Of a DNA stretch of 64,000 bases, positions 51,231-57,075 are shown in pieces. The number at the start of each line of letters is the position of its first letter. The first letter of the stretch is position 1. The stretch is from positions 29,437-93,436 of the IMG/VR virus record IMGVR_UViG_3300045988_007161; one strand, given 5' to 3'. The notes beneath the pieces were generated by a model. The model had not been told where the DNA came from, searched no databases, and saw only the letters and a program-made list of their open reading frames with translations. The position numbers and the translations under genes are program-made. This DNA is from a virus.

Positions 51231-51271
51231 AAAAAAAAAAGAGTATCAGGAGTTTTAACTTCCTGATACTC
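51231..51271 (-). terminator. rho-independent terminator
   Basis: 11-bp stem gagtatcagga/tcctgatactc followed on the minus strand by T10. Confidence 0.8.
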
Positions 51272-51278
51272 TCTTGAG

Positions 51279-51704
51279 TTATACAATTAGTTTCTTCTCT
51301 GGTTGAATTATAGTTGAAGGAGCTGGGTCAGGAACTTCCTCAAACTCTTCAATGATGAAGTCAATATCCCTGTCTTGAAGGAGTAAGCATTGTTTGCCAT
51401 CCATCTCAACTACATCAAAATTATAGGTTGTTACAGGATTATCTGAAATTACTCCATCTTTTAGTGAACCTGCTTGGTGCTTCCTTACTGCAAATCTTGC
51501 AGGATTTACACATACCAAGTCACCTACTTTGATGTCTCTTACTGAACCTCCTACTGCCAATACAGTTTGGTATTCTTTCAGACCTCCTTGCATCTTGGTG
51601 ACATTTATCAAGCCTCCTGTAGTTACATCCTGCTCATACTTATCCATTGTAGTGATAAGTGCAGTGAACATGGGTTTTATCTTCTTAATCTTCAACATAT
51701 TCAA
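51279..51704 (-). CDS. GroES/Cpn10-like co-chaperonin (141 aa)
   Basis: IKPMFTALITT...TTGGLIN...YQTVLAVGGSVRDIKVGDLVCVN...LLLQDRDIDFIIEE aligns by eye with GroES (IRPLHDRVIV...SAGGIVL...GEVLAVG...VKVGDIVIF...LIMSESDILAIVE). Confidence 0.5.
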   Translation of the reverse strand: MNMLKIKKIKPMFTALITTMDKYEQDVTTGGLINVTKMQGGLKEYQTVLAVGGSVRDIKVGDLVCVNPARFAVRKHQAGSLKDGVISDNPVTTYNFDVVEMDGKQCLLLQDRDIDFIIEEFEEVPDPAPSTIIQPEKKLIV

Positions 51705-51993
51705 TGACCTTTATACCATACTCTTGAGCAGCAGTATGCTCCAATTTACAACCTCTATACTTGTCCCAATCCTTTGCAAAATATGCAACATCTGCTGTAG
51801 ACAGCAATTCAAATGACTTACCCAAGAACCATAAAGGTCTTGCATCTACAGGTGCATCTTTGAAGAAACTATCAATGACTTCTACATCATCATTGAGTGC
51901 CTCCTTAGCTGCCTCAATAGCCTTGGTTCTTTCGGCTTCTATCTCTTCATTTGTCTTGCCCTTCATGGGCTGACTAATAAACAACTTTTTCAT
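51685..51993 (-). CDS. DUF4406 / nucleoside 2-deoxyribosyltransferase-like protein (102 aa)
   Basis: KLFISQPMKGKTNEE...LLSTADVAYFAKDWDKYRGCKLEHTAAQEYGIKV fits the pattern YISGPM.G......CD.......W..S.G...E...A...G. Confidence 0.4.
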   Translation of the reverse strand: MKKLFISQPMKGKTNEEIEAERTKAIEAAKEALNDDVEVIDSFFKDAPVDARPLWFLGKSFELLSTADVAYFAKDWDKYRGCKLEHTAAQEYGIKVIEYVED

Positions 51994-52259
51994 TTCTTCT
52001 CCCTTATCTTTTTGATTATCTCAAATCTCTTTTTCATATTCAACATCCTATCATAAGTACAAGTGAGCTTGCCTAATGATGGAATGTTGAAGTTTGTTCT
52101 TAGCTTAGCAAAATCCTCTTCATTAATATTCTCCTTTAATGGTAAGGATTGTATATGTTGCTTTATAAACAACCAATATGCTCTATATGTCTTATCTACC
52201 ACTTCCTTTGGTAAATCCAACTCTTCAGAAACCTTACCAATTATATCGGGATAATTCAT
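51990..52259 (-). CDS. small protein, weak HU-like resemblance (89 aa)
   Basis: N-terminal IIGKVSEELDLPKEVVDKTYRAYWLFIKQHI and FNIPSLGKLTC resemble the HU helix and beta start. Weak. Confidence 0.3.
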   Translation of the reverse strand: MNYPDIIGKVSEELDLPKEVVDKTYRAYWLFIKQHIQSLPLKENINEEDFAKLRTNFNIPSLGKLTCTYDRMLNMKKRFEIIKKIREKK

Positions 52260-52654
52260 TTCAATTCAAAAAGTAACAGTAGTTGGAAAGTGCCAGTCTC
52301 TTCATCAATGTTGGGAATAAATCTTGGATTTATCTTGCCATCAACTATGACTTTATTCTTTCTTAGCTTGCCCATAATTACTTGAAAGTGTGGGAGAGTG
52401 ATATTACACTCTTCCCTTACTTTCTTCTTTGTATCTTCACTCATTGTAACCTTATCAAGTATCTCATTGTCCTTGATAACTTTACTGAGTTCATATCTTT
52501 GCTTTACAAAAGATGTAATTACATCAATCTCTCTATCAGTTAGCTTATGAAAAGGCTCTAAGAACATAAACCAGTACCTAAAGAAGCTCTTCGAGAGAGA
52601 GCATGGTACTCTTACAATGTTATTTGGCTTCTTACTTGTCATTTCTTTTAGCAT
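52256..52654 (-). CDS. hypothetical protein, possible HTH regulator (132 aa)
   Basis: KLTDREIDVITSFVKQ resembles LuxR/sigma region-4-type HTH. Weak. Confidence 0.3.
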   Translation of the reverse strand: MLKEMTSKKPNNIVRVPCSLSKSFFRYWFMFLEPFHKLTDREIDVITSFVKQRYELSKVIKDNEILDKVTMSEDTKKKVREECNITLPHFQVIMGKLRKNKVIVDGKINPRFIPNIDEETGTFQLLLLFELK

Positions 52655-53093
52655 GTATTAATCTATGACAGTTGGCACAAACCAGTAGACATTTCGAGAG
52701 TTCTTCATCTCTCCTCTCCTTTGAGAGTCTTAGAGCAGTAGAAGGATTATATCTCTTTTCATTTGGGTCAGTATGGTGAAAATCAAAACAAGCTGCATTT
52801 TCTCCATTATATTCAAACCCACACATTTCACACTTTCCTCCCTTAGAAAGTATAGCTTCCTCCTTATTTCTGTCTCTTCTCTTTAAGACTTGCTCTATAT
52901 CCTCTAACTTCTTCCTCTCATACCTATCTTTAGACTTTAAGGGATTTTTCTCTCTATACTTTTTTGATTTCTCCCTTTTCAATGCAGCATTATTGCAGTA
53001 GGAATCTCTTGCCTCTCTTAGGATTCTGTCTCTATTATTTAGGTACCATTGCCTTTTACATTCTTTATTCTTGAGAGTATCCTTGTATGGCAT
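52632..53093 (-). CDS. HNH endonuclease (153 aa)
   Basis: CEMCGFEY...FDFHHTDPNEK...LLVCANCHRLIH (Cys pairs plus HH...N...H). Confidence 0.75.
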   Translation of the reverse strand: MPYKDTLKNKECKRQWYLNNRDRILREARDSYCNNAALKREKSKKYREKNPLKSKDRYERKKLEDIEQVLKRRDRNKEEAILSKGGKCEMCGFEYNGENAACFDFHHTDPNEKRYNPSTALRLSKERRDEELSKCLLVCANCHRLIHAKRNDK

Positions 53094-53420
53094 TTACTCT
53101 TCAGTTTTAATGTCAGGTGTCTCCTCTTCACTATTCTCAGGTTCCTCAGGAACTGTCATAATATCCTCAATCTCCTTAACACACTTATCAAGGAAGTCTT
53201 GCTTGAACATATGACCATTCTCTACCACCTTGAACAGATAGTCAAGTCTCTTGAACATATTGCTCAGATTAGACTTCTGCAACTGACCATACAGTTGCCT
53301 TGCCTGCTCACTAAGCTGATGAGCAACCTGCTCCAACTGTTCATAACTCATCTTCTGAGGCTGTTCTGTTTCCTTTGCCTGTGGAGTCATTTCCACAACT
53401 TTACCCTTTTGCTCTTCCAT
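53094..53420 (-). CDS. acidic hypothetical protein (108 aa)
   Basis: ORF track. Confidence 0.45.
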   Translation of the reverse strand: MEEQKGKVVEMTPQAKETEQPQKMSYEQLEQVAHQLSEQARQLYGQLQKSNLSNMFKRLDYLFKVVENGHMFKQDFLDKCVKEIEDIMTVPEEPENSEEETPDIKTEE

Positions 53421-53432
53421 TTTCTTATATGT

Positions 53433-53675
53433 TTAATATTCTTCTAAATACTTATGACCATATCTATTCTTGTAGAGGGTCTCCCATTCCTCTATTGAAC
53501 ATTCTCCTATATCAGTGGAGCCACAATCATCACAGTAATCTGAGTCCTCCATCACAGGGATGTTCCTGACCTTAATTGACAAGCAGTGTCTACAATATAG
53601 CACTGGGATTGCATTATAGTCATTAGGCTGATTGTCTGTGTTTGAGTTGCTCATATATCTTCTTCTTTCTGTCAT
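53433..53675 (-). CDS. zinc-ribbon protein (80 aa or shorter)
   Basis: CRHC...(17 aa)...CDDC. Overlaps the upstream ORF, so the true start may be the internal Met (MSNSN...). Confidence 0.45.
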   Translation of the reverse strand: MTERRRYMSNSNTDNQPNDYNAIPVLYCRHCLSIKVRNIPVMEDSDYCDDCGSTDIGECSIEEWETLYKNRYGHKYLEEY

Positions 53676-53931
53676 TTAGACTATTCTTACCATGCTTAGC
53701 ATTGTTGAAAGGTCTCTTAGGATAAATGAATCCATCAAGTGAAACATATCCCTTTCTTATTGCTCTCCTTACTGACTTGAATCTCTTGACTGCTTCAAAA
53801 GTTCTTAGATGAAGAATACCTCTCTCATAGAAATCTCCCACAATATCTACTCTGTTCTTCTCCATATAATCCTTGAACTCCTCTTCACTCATCAAGGGTC
53901 TCTCTATTGTCTTCTGCTCTTCCATTTCCAT
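53623..53931 (-). CDS. hypothetical protein (102 aa)
   Basis: ORF track. Confidence 0.45.
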   Translation of the reverse strand: MEMEEQKTIERPLMSEEEFKDYMEKNRVDIVGDFYERGILHLRTFEAVKRFKSVRRAIRKGYVSLDGFIYPKRPFNNAKHGKNSLNDRKKKIYEQLKHRQSA

Positions 53932-53938
53932 AATGTTT

Positions 53939-54136
53939 TTATCTAAAGTAGATTAATACAAACTGACCATTTTCTTTAAGTAGAGAAACTATATCCTCTC
54001 TCTTAATTCCTTCCTCATTGGCTGACCTTACAATACCTCTGATTGTAGTATCAGTTAATACAGTCATAACTTGATGAACCTCTGAACCATTGGTCTTTTT
54101 GGTCCTTGTCATCTTTGCCTTTTCTATCTCTTCCAT
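53939..54136 (-). CDS. hypothetical protein (65 aa), first gene downstream of the tRNA array
   Basis: ATG lies 14 nt downstream of the last tRNA. Confidence 0.4.
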   Translation of the reverse strand: MEEIEKAKMTRTKKTNGSEVHQVMTVLTDTTIRGIVRSANEEGIKREDIVSLLKENGQFVLIYFR

Positions 54137-54150
54137 ATTATCTAAATTAG

Positions 54151-54237
54151 TTGCGGAGGGTGGACTCGAACCACCAACACAGTATTACTGCTTCTCAAGG
54201 TTATGAGCCTTGCATGTTTCCATTACACTACCCCACG
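54151..54237 (-). tRNA. tRNA with CAU anticodon, C1-A72 mismatch, A73 and a 20-nt class-II-type variable arm (87 nt)
   Basis: CGUGGGG-UA-GUGU-AAUGGAA-ACAU-G-CAAGG-CUCAUAA-CCUUG-AGAAGCAGUAAUACUGUGUU-GGUGG-UUCGAGU-CCACC-CUCCGCA-A. Confidence 0.7.
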
Positions 54238-54248
54238 ATGTATATTTG

Positions 54249-54320
54249 AGCAGATAGTGGGAATCGAACCCACACATTAACATTGGAAGTGTTACATACT
54301 AACCTTTATACTATACCTGC
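54249..54320 (-). tRNA. tRNA-Gly(UCC)
   Basis: Hand-folded cloverleaf: acceptor GCAGGUA/UAUCUGC, anticodon loop CUUCCAA, T-loop UUCGAUU, U73. Confidence 0.85.
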
Positions 54321-54325
54321 ATTTG

Positions 54326-54398
54326 AGTAGATAATCAGATTTGAACTGACCCCTTGACATTGGCAATGTCATATGCTAACCACTAACACCATACCTAC
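54326..54398 (-). tRNA. tRNA-Gly(GCC)
   Basis: Acceptor GUAGGUA/UAUCUAC, anticodon loop UUGCCAA, T-loop UUCAAAU, U73. Confidence 0.85.
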
Positions 54399-54404
54399 AT
54401 TATG

Positions 54405-54478
54405 AGCCTCCTGAAGGATTTGAACCCTCTCTTCCTGTTTACAAGACAGGCTTGCTAAACCATTAACACTAAGGAGGC
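54405..54478 (-). tRNA. tRNA-Thr(UGU)
   Basis: Acceptor GCCUCCU/AGGAGGC, anticodon loop CUUGUAA, T-loop UUCAAAU. Confidence 0.85.
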
Positions 54479-54481
54479 AAA

Positions 54482-54569
54482 TGGTACTCCCACTGGGAGT
54501 TGAACCCAGACAACCATTGCTGATTGACAGATTTTAAGTCTGTTGTGTCTACCATTCCACCATGAGAGC
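54482..54569 (-). tRNA. tRNA-Leu(UAA), class II, CCA encoded
   Basis: Acceptor GCUCUCA/UGGGAGU, anticodon loop CUUAAAA, 17-nt variable arm, ends A-CCA. Confidence 0.85.
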
Positions 54570-54577
54570 ATCTCTTG

Positions 54578-55024
54578 TCAATAAGGTCTTATATCACATA
54601 AGTGGAATAAGTAGTCATACTTATTGATATTCTGAATAAAGGTTTCACATTCAGATGTTATACCTTTATAAACAGTCTCTTGAGGAATCTTATCATAAAA
54701 TGCAAGAGTAGCAGACTTAACTTCACTAATAAAGTCAAAAGCATTCAGTGCATCACTCGGAGTTCCCTTGATAGCATTAGGTTGCATTTTACCAAGTATT
54801 CCCATATATCCTTCTGCAAGACCATCCTGATAATCATCCAAAATGTCCTTAAATTCATCAAGATATACATGAATATTCTTCTTAGGTGCTGCCCAATGCA
54901 AGTTCTTACACTTAGTCTTCCAACCTTCAAGTTGATTTAAGAAGTTAATAAAGAACTGAGAACCAGATACTTCTGTACTTCTGCTTGATTCCATTGGAGT
55001 AAATAGGCTATCTTCTTCAAACAT
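54578..55024 (-). CDS. Dps/ferritin-like four-helix-bundle protein (148 aa) embedded in the tRNA array
   Basis: FLNQLEGWKTKCKNLHWAAPKKNIHVYLDEFKDILDDYQDGLAEGYMGILG fits the Dps pattern (..HWnv.G..F..lH..lde.y.....D.iAER...LG). Has its own promoter. Confidence 0.45.
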   Translation of the reverse strand: MFEEDSLFTPMESSRSTEVSGSQFFINFLNQLEGWKTKCKNLHWAAPKKNIHVYLDEFKDILDDYQDGLAEGYMGILGKMQPNAIKGTPSDALNAFDFISEVKSATLAFYDKIPQETVYKGITSECETFIQNINKYDYLFHLCDIRPY

Positions 55025-55042
55025 ATTCTCTTATTTTGATGT

Positions 55043-55075
55043 TGCAAAGTTAAGCAAAATAATTGGAACTACCAA
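55043..55075 (-). promoter_or_regulatory. Bacteroidota-type promoter (TTG-N20-TAACTTTGCA) for the Dps-like gene
   Basis: Minus-strand TAACTTTGCA at 55043-55052 and TTG at 55073-55075. Confidence 0.55.
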
Positions 55076-55108
55076 ATGTTTTCCTAATTACTTTCAAATT
55101 ATTTTTAG

Positions 55109-55197
55109 TACCCTCTAAGAGACTCGAACTCTTACACTACTATTACTTCATACTGGAGCCTAAATCCAGCGTGTCTACCAAATTCCACCAAGAGGGC
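55109..55197 (-). tRNA. tRNA-Leu(UAG), class II
   Basis: Acceptor GCCCUCU/AGAGGGU, anticodon loop UUUAGGC (G37), long variable arm. Confidence 0.85.
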
Positions 55198-55205
55198 ATT
55201 ATAAG

Positions 55206-55291
55206 TACTCCTGAAGAGAGTCGAACTCTTAATCTTTATTCCAAGCCCTGACTTTTGAGGTCAGTGTGTATTCCAATTCCACCACAGGAGT
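55206..55291 (-). tRNA. tRNA-Leu(CAA), class II
   Basis: Acceptor ACUCCUG/CAGGAGU, anticodon loop CUCAAAA, long variable arm. Confidence 0.85.
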
Positions 55292-55297
55292 ATATAG

Positions 55298-55372
55298 TGG
55301 GTACTCAAAGAATCGAACTTTGTTCTAAGGATTTTCAGTCCTCCGCAATGTAACCATACCTGCCCAGCACCC
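55298..55372 (-). tRNA. tRNA-Phe(GAA)
   Basis: Acceptor GGGUGCU/AGUACCC, anticodon loop CUGAAAA, T-arm CAAAG-UUCGAUU-CUUUG. Position 8 is G. Confidence 0.8.
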
Positions 55373-55440
55373 ATAATGACTTATTTGTGTCTCTACCCAC
55401 ATCACCTTCCATAAGTCAAGGACAAAGATTTCTATTGAAG

Positions 55441-55523
55441 TGGGGCAGAAAGGAATCGAACCTTAAACAGCCTGAGGCAGTGGATTTACAGTCCACACTA
55501 ATTCACCACATTAAAGCTACCCC
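55441..55523 (-). tRNA. tRNA-Tyr(GUA), class II
   Basis: Acceptor GGGGUAG/CUGCCCC, anticodon arm GUGGA-CUGUAAA-UCCAC, 14-nt variable arm. Confidence 0.8.
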
Positions 55524-55559
55524 ATATAATATTTATTATTCACTCCAGCATCAAAGGAA

Positions 55560-55667
55560 CTATATTCCAACTGGAATAGTTCCTGTAGGTGTCCAAGCAT
55601 AAGTCTTAGCAGCTTGTCTAAAGTATGCCTTAGCACCTCTCTTAATTAATGAAATAACCTTTCTCAT
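55560..55667 (-). CDS. possible 35-aa basic peptide inside the tRNA array
   Basis: MRKVISLIKRGAKAYFRQAAKTYAWTPTGTIPVGI*. The listed 63-aa ORF overlaps tRNA-Lys, so only the internal Met is plausible. Ends in a strong hairpin (55556-55583). Confidence 0.2.
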   Translation of the reverse strand: MRKVISLIKRGAKAYFRQAAKTYAWTPTGTIPVGI

Positions 55668-55700
55668 AACATTAAAATTTGGAGTTAATAATATGTTATG

Positions 55701-55773
55701 TTCCCCCATAAGGAGTCGAACCTTACTCTCAGGATTAAAAGTCCAGAGCATCCACCATTAATGCTTTGGGGGA
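55701..55773 (-). tRNA. tRNA-Lys(UUU)
   Basis: Acceptor UCCCCCA/UGGGGGA, anticodon loop CUUUUAA, one U-U mismatch in the anticodon stem. Confidence 0.8.
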
Positions 55774-55795
55774 ATATTTGCCAAGGTTGAGGTTG

Positions 55796-55869
55796 TGCTC
55801 CCACAAGGACTTGAACCTTGAGTCCCCTGTTTAAGAGACAGGTGCTTTAACCAATTCAGCTATAGGAGC
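55796..55869 (-). tRNA. tRNA-Lys(CUU)
   Basis: Acceptor GCUCCUA/UGGGAGC, anticodon loop CUCUUAA. Confidence 0.85.
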
Positions 55870-55877
55870 TTATTAAG

Positions 55878-55951
55878 ACTTGGAGGTGGGACTTGAACCC
55901 ACGAATCATCAGATTTGTAGTCTGTGCCATTAGCCACTCTGGTACTCCAAG
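55878..55951 (-). tRNA. tRNA-Cys-like with anticodon ACA (A34) and U73
   Basis: Perfect acceptor CUUGGAG/CUCCAAG, perfect T-arm GUGGG-UUCAAGU-CCCAC, anticodon loop CUACAAA. Confidence 0.7.
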
Positions 55952-55955
55952 ATAG

Positions 55956-56032
55956 TACTGGCAGAGGGGATTGAACCCACATGCAACCTATTACCCTTTC
56001 TACTGTGTATAAGACAGAGGGGATATGCCAGT
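55956..56032 (-). tRNA. non-canonical tRNA-Ile-like (UAU): anticodon hairpin sits where the D-arm should be and a D-loop-like GG hairpin lies 3' of it
   Basis: ACUGGCA-UA-UCCCC-UCUGU-CUUAUAC-ACAGU-AGAAA-GGG-UAAUAGGUUGCAU-GUGGG-UUCAAUC-CCCUC-UGCCAGU-A. Confidence 0.6.
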
Positions 56033-56036
56033 ATAT

Positions 56037-56113
56037 TGGGGTGTTAGATGGGATTTGAACCCATACCCTCCTGATTCACAGTCAGGACTTCTAACCAATT
56101 AAAATACTAACAC
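56037..56113 (-). tRNA. tRNA-His(GUG), CCA encoded, no encoded G-1
   Basis: Acceptor GUGUUAG/CUAACAC, C73, CCA, anticodon loop CUGUGAA. The base 5' of G1 is U. Confidence 0.8.
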
Positions 56114-56115
56114 AG

Positions 56116-56187
56116 TGCTGATGGAAAGACTCGAACTTTCAACTACTGCCTTATGAGAGCAGCCTTCTACCATTGAAGTACATCAAC
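56116..56187 (-). tRNA. tRNA-Met(CAU), elongator-like (or Ile2 if lysidinylated)
   Basis: Acceptor GUUGAUG/CAUCAGC, anticodon loop CUCAUAA, canonical arms. Confidence 0.8.
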
Positions 56188-56208
56188 TAATACTCTTCTT
56201 GACCAATG

Positions 56209-56285
56209 TTGGGATGGTGAGAATTGAACTCACCTGTAACCAACTACTCTTTCAACTGCTTATCAGACAGAGGAGATACATCCCA
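56209..56285 (-). tRNA. non-canonical tRNA-Ile-like (GAU), paralogue of 55956-56032 with the same rearranged architecture
   Basis: UGGGAUG-UA-UCUCC-UCUGU-CUGAUAA-GCAGU-UGAAA-GAG-UAGUUGGUUACAG-GUGAG-UUCAAUU-CUCAC-CAUCCCA-A. Confidence 0.6.
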
Positions 56286-56291
56286 ATATAG

Positions 56292-56364
56292 CTGAGAAGG
56301 TAGGAATTGAACCCACAACTGCTGGTTTTGGAGACCAGTGTTCTACCAATTGAACTACTTCCCA
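56292..56364 (-). tRNA. tRNA-Trp(CCA)
   Basis: Acceptor UGGGAAG/CUUCUCA (G3-U70 wobble), G73, anticodon loop CUCCAAA. Confidence 0.85.
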
Positions 56365-56370
56365 ATTTAG

Positions 56371-56443
56371 TTGCAGGTAGTGGATTTGCACCACTGGTCT
56401 CCCCATTATGAGTGGGGCAAGATTACTACTTCTCCAACCTGCT
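56371..56443 (-). tRNA. tRNA with CAU anticodon, A1-A72 mismatch and an unusual T-loop UGCAAAU
   Basis: AGCAGGU/ACCUGCA acceptor with unpaired 1:72. Anticodon arm CCCCA-CUCAUAA-UGGGG. Confidence 0.7.
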
Positions 56444-56552
56444 AAAACATCAAATCATTGATTACTTCTCCTTATTGCACTCAGAGAACTTTCAGAAATG
56501 ATGGCATCAAGTATTGCAAGCTACTTGACTGAACCTCTTGCAAAAGTTCTTG

Positions 56553-56624
56553 CGGGACCTGTAGGACTCGAACCTACATCTGAGGGTTAACAGCCCACTG
56601 TTCTAACCTTTGAACTAAAGACCC
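56553..56624 (-). tRNA. tRNA-Asn(GUU)
   Basis: Acceptor GGGUCUU/AGGUCCC (one U-U), G73, anticodon loop CUGUUAA. Confidence 0.8.
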
Positions 56625-56632
56625 ATAACTTG

Positions 56633-56706
56633 TTGCTCCTATAGGAATTGAACCTATGACCTTTTCCTTGTAAGGGAACTATTCTAAACCACTGAACTAA
56701 GGAGCA
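56633..56706 (-). tRNA. tRNA-Val(UAC)
   Basis: Acceptor UGCUCCU/AGGAGCA, anticodon loop CUUACAA. Confidence 0.85.
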
Positions 56707-56792
56707 TTGATAGGGTAGTTTCTTTAACCTCTAACTACCCAAAAGAGGGTCCAAGCAAAAGCTCAACATTATGAAAACATGAAAACATAGTG

Positions 56793-56866
56793 TGGAGAAT
56801 GAGGGATTTGAACCCTGAACTCCTCCTTGCAAGGGAGGTGTGTTAGCCAATTACACCACAAACCCC
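56793..56866 (-). tRNA. tRNA-Cys(GCA), possibly degenerate
   Basis: Good anticodon arm CCUCC-CUUGCAA-GGAGG and D-arm, but the acceptor GGGGUUU/AUUCUCC has two U-U mismatches, there is a 3-nt 8-10 linker, and position 73 is A rather than U. Confidence 0.55.
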
Positions 56867-56871
56867 ATTAG

Positions 56872-56944
56872 TATAGTAGACAGGACTCGAACCTGCATCC
56901 TCTGCATCCCAAATGCAGTGCCCCACCAATTAGGCTACTACTAT
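56872..56944 (-). tRNA. tRNA-Pro(UGG)
   Basis: Acceptor AUAGUAG/CUACUAU, anticodon loop UUUGGGA (G37), A73. Confidence 0.85.
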
Positions 56945-56950
56945 ATATTG

Positions 56951-57036
56951 CGGAGAGCAGTGTACTTGAAACACATACCATTGCTGGTACAATCTGTTTA
57001 GCAGACAGTCCCTAAGACCTCTTAGGTTTACTCTCC
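56951..57036 (-). tRNA. tRNA-Ser(GCU), class II with an atypical D-arm (6-bp stem, 4-nt loop)
   Basis: GGAGAGU...CCUAAG-AGGU-CUUAGG...CUGU-CUGCUAA-ACAG...variable arm UACCA-GCAA-UGGUA...G73. Confidence 0.7.
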
Positions 57037-57075
57037 ATTTTCCTTCACCAATATGTCAAAGAACACCTATTATTG

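Noticed and set aside
55063-55751. ORFs 55063..55251, 55387..55602 and 55560..55751 from the ORF track
   Set aside because: They run through tRNA genes (Leu, Tyr, Lys) on either strand. Only the internal 35-codon part of the last one does not overlap a tRNA, and that is reported with low confidence.
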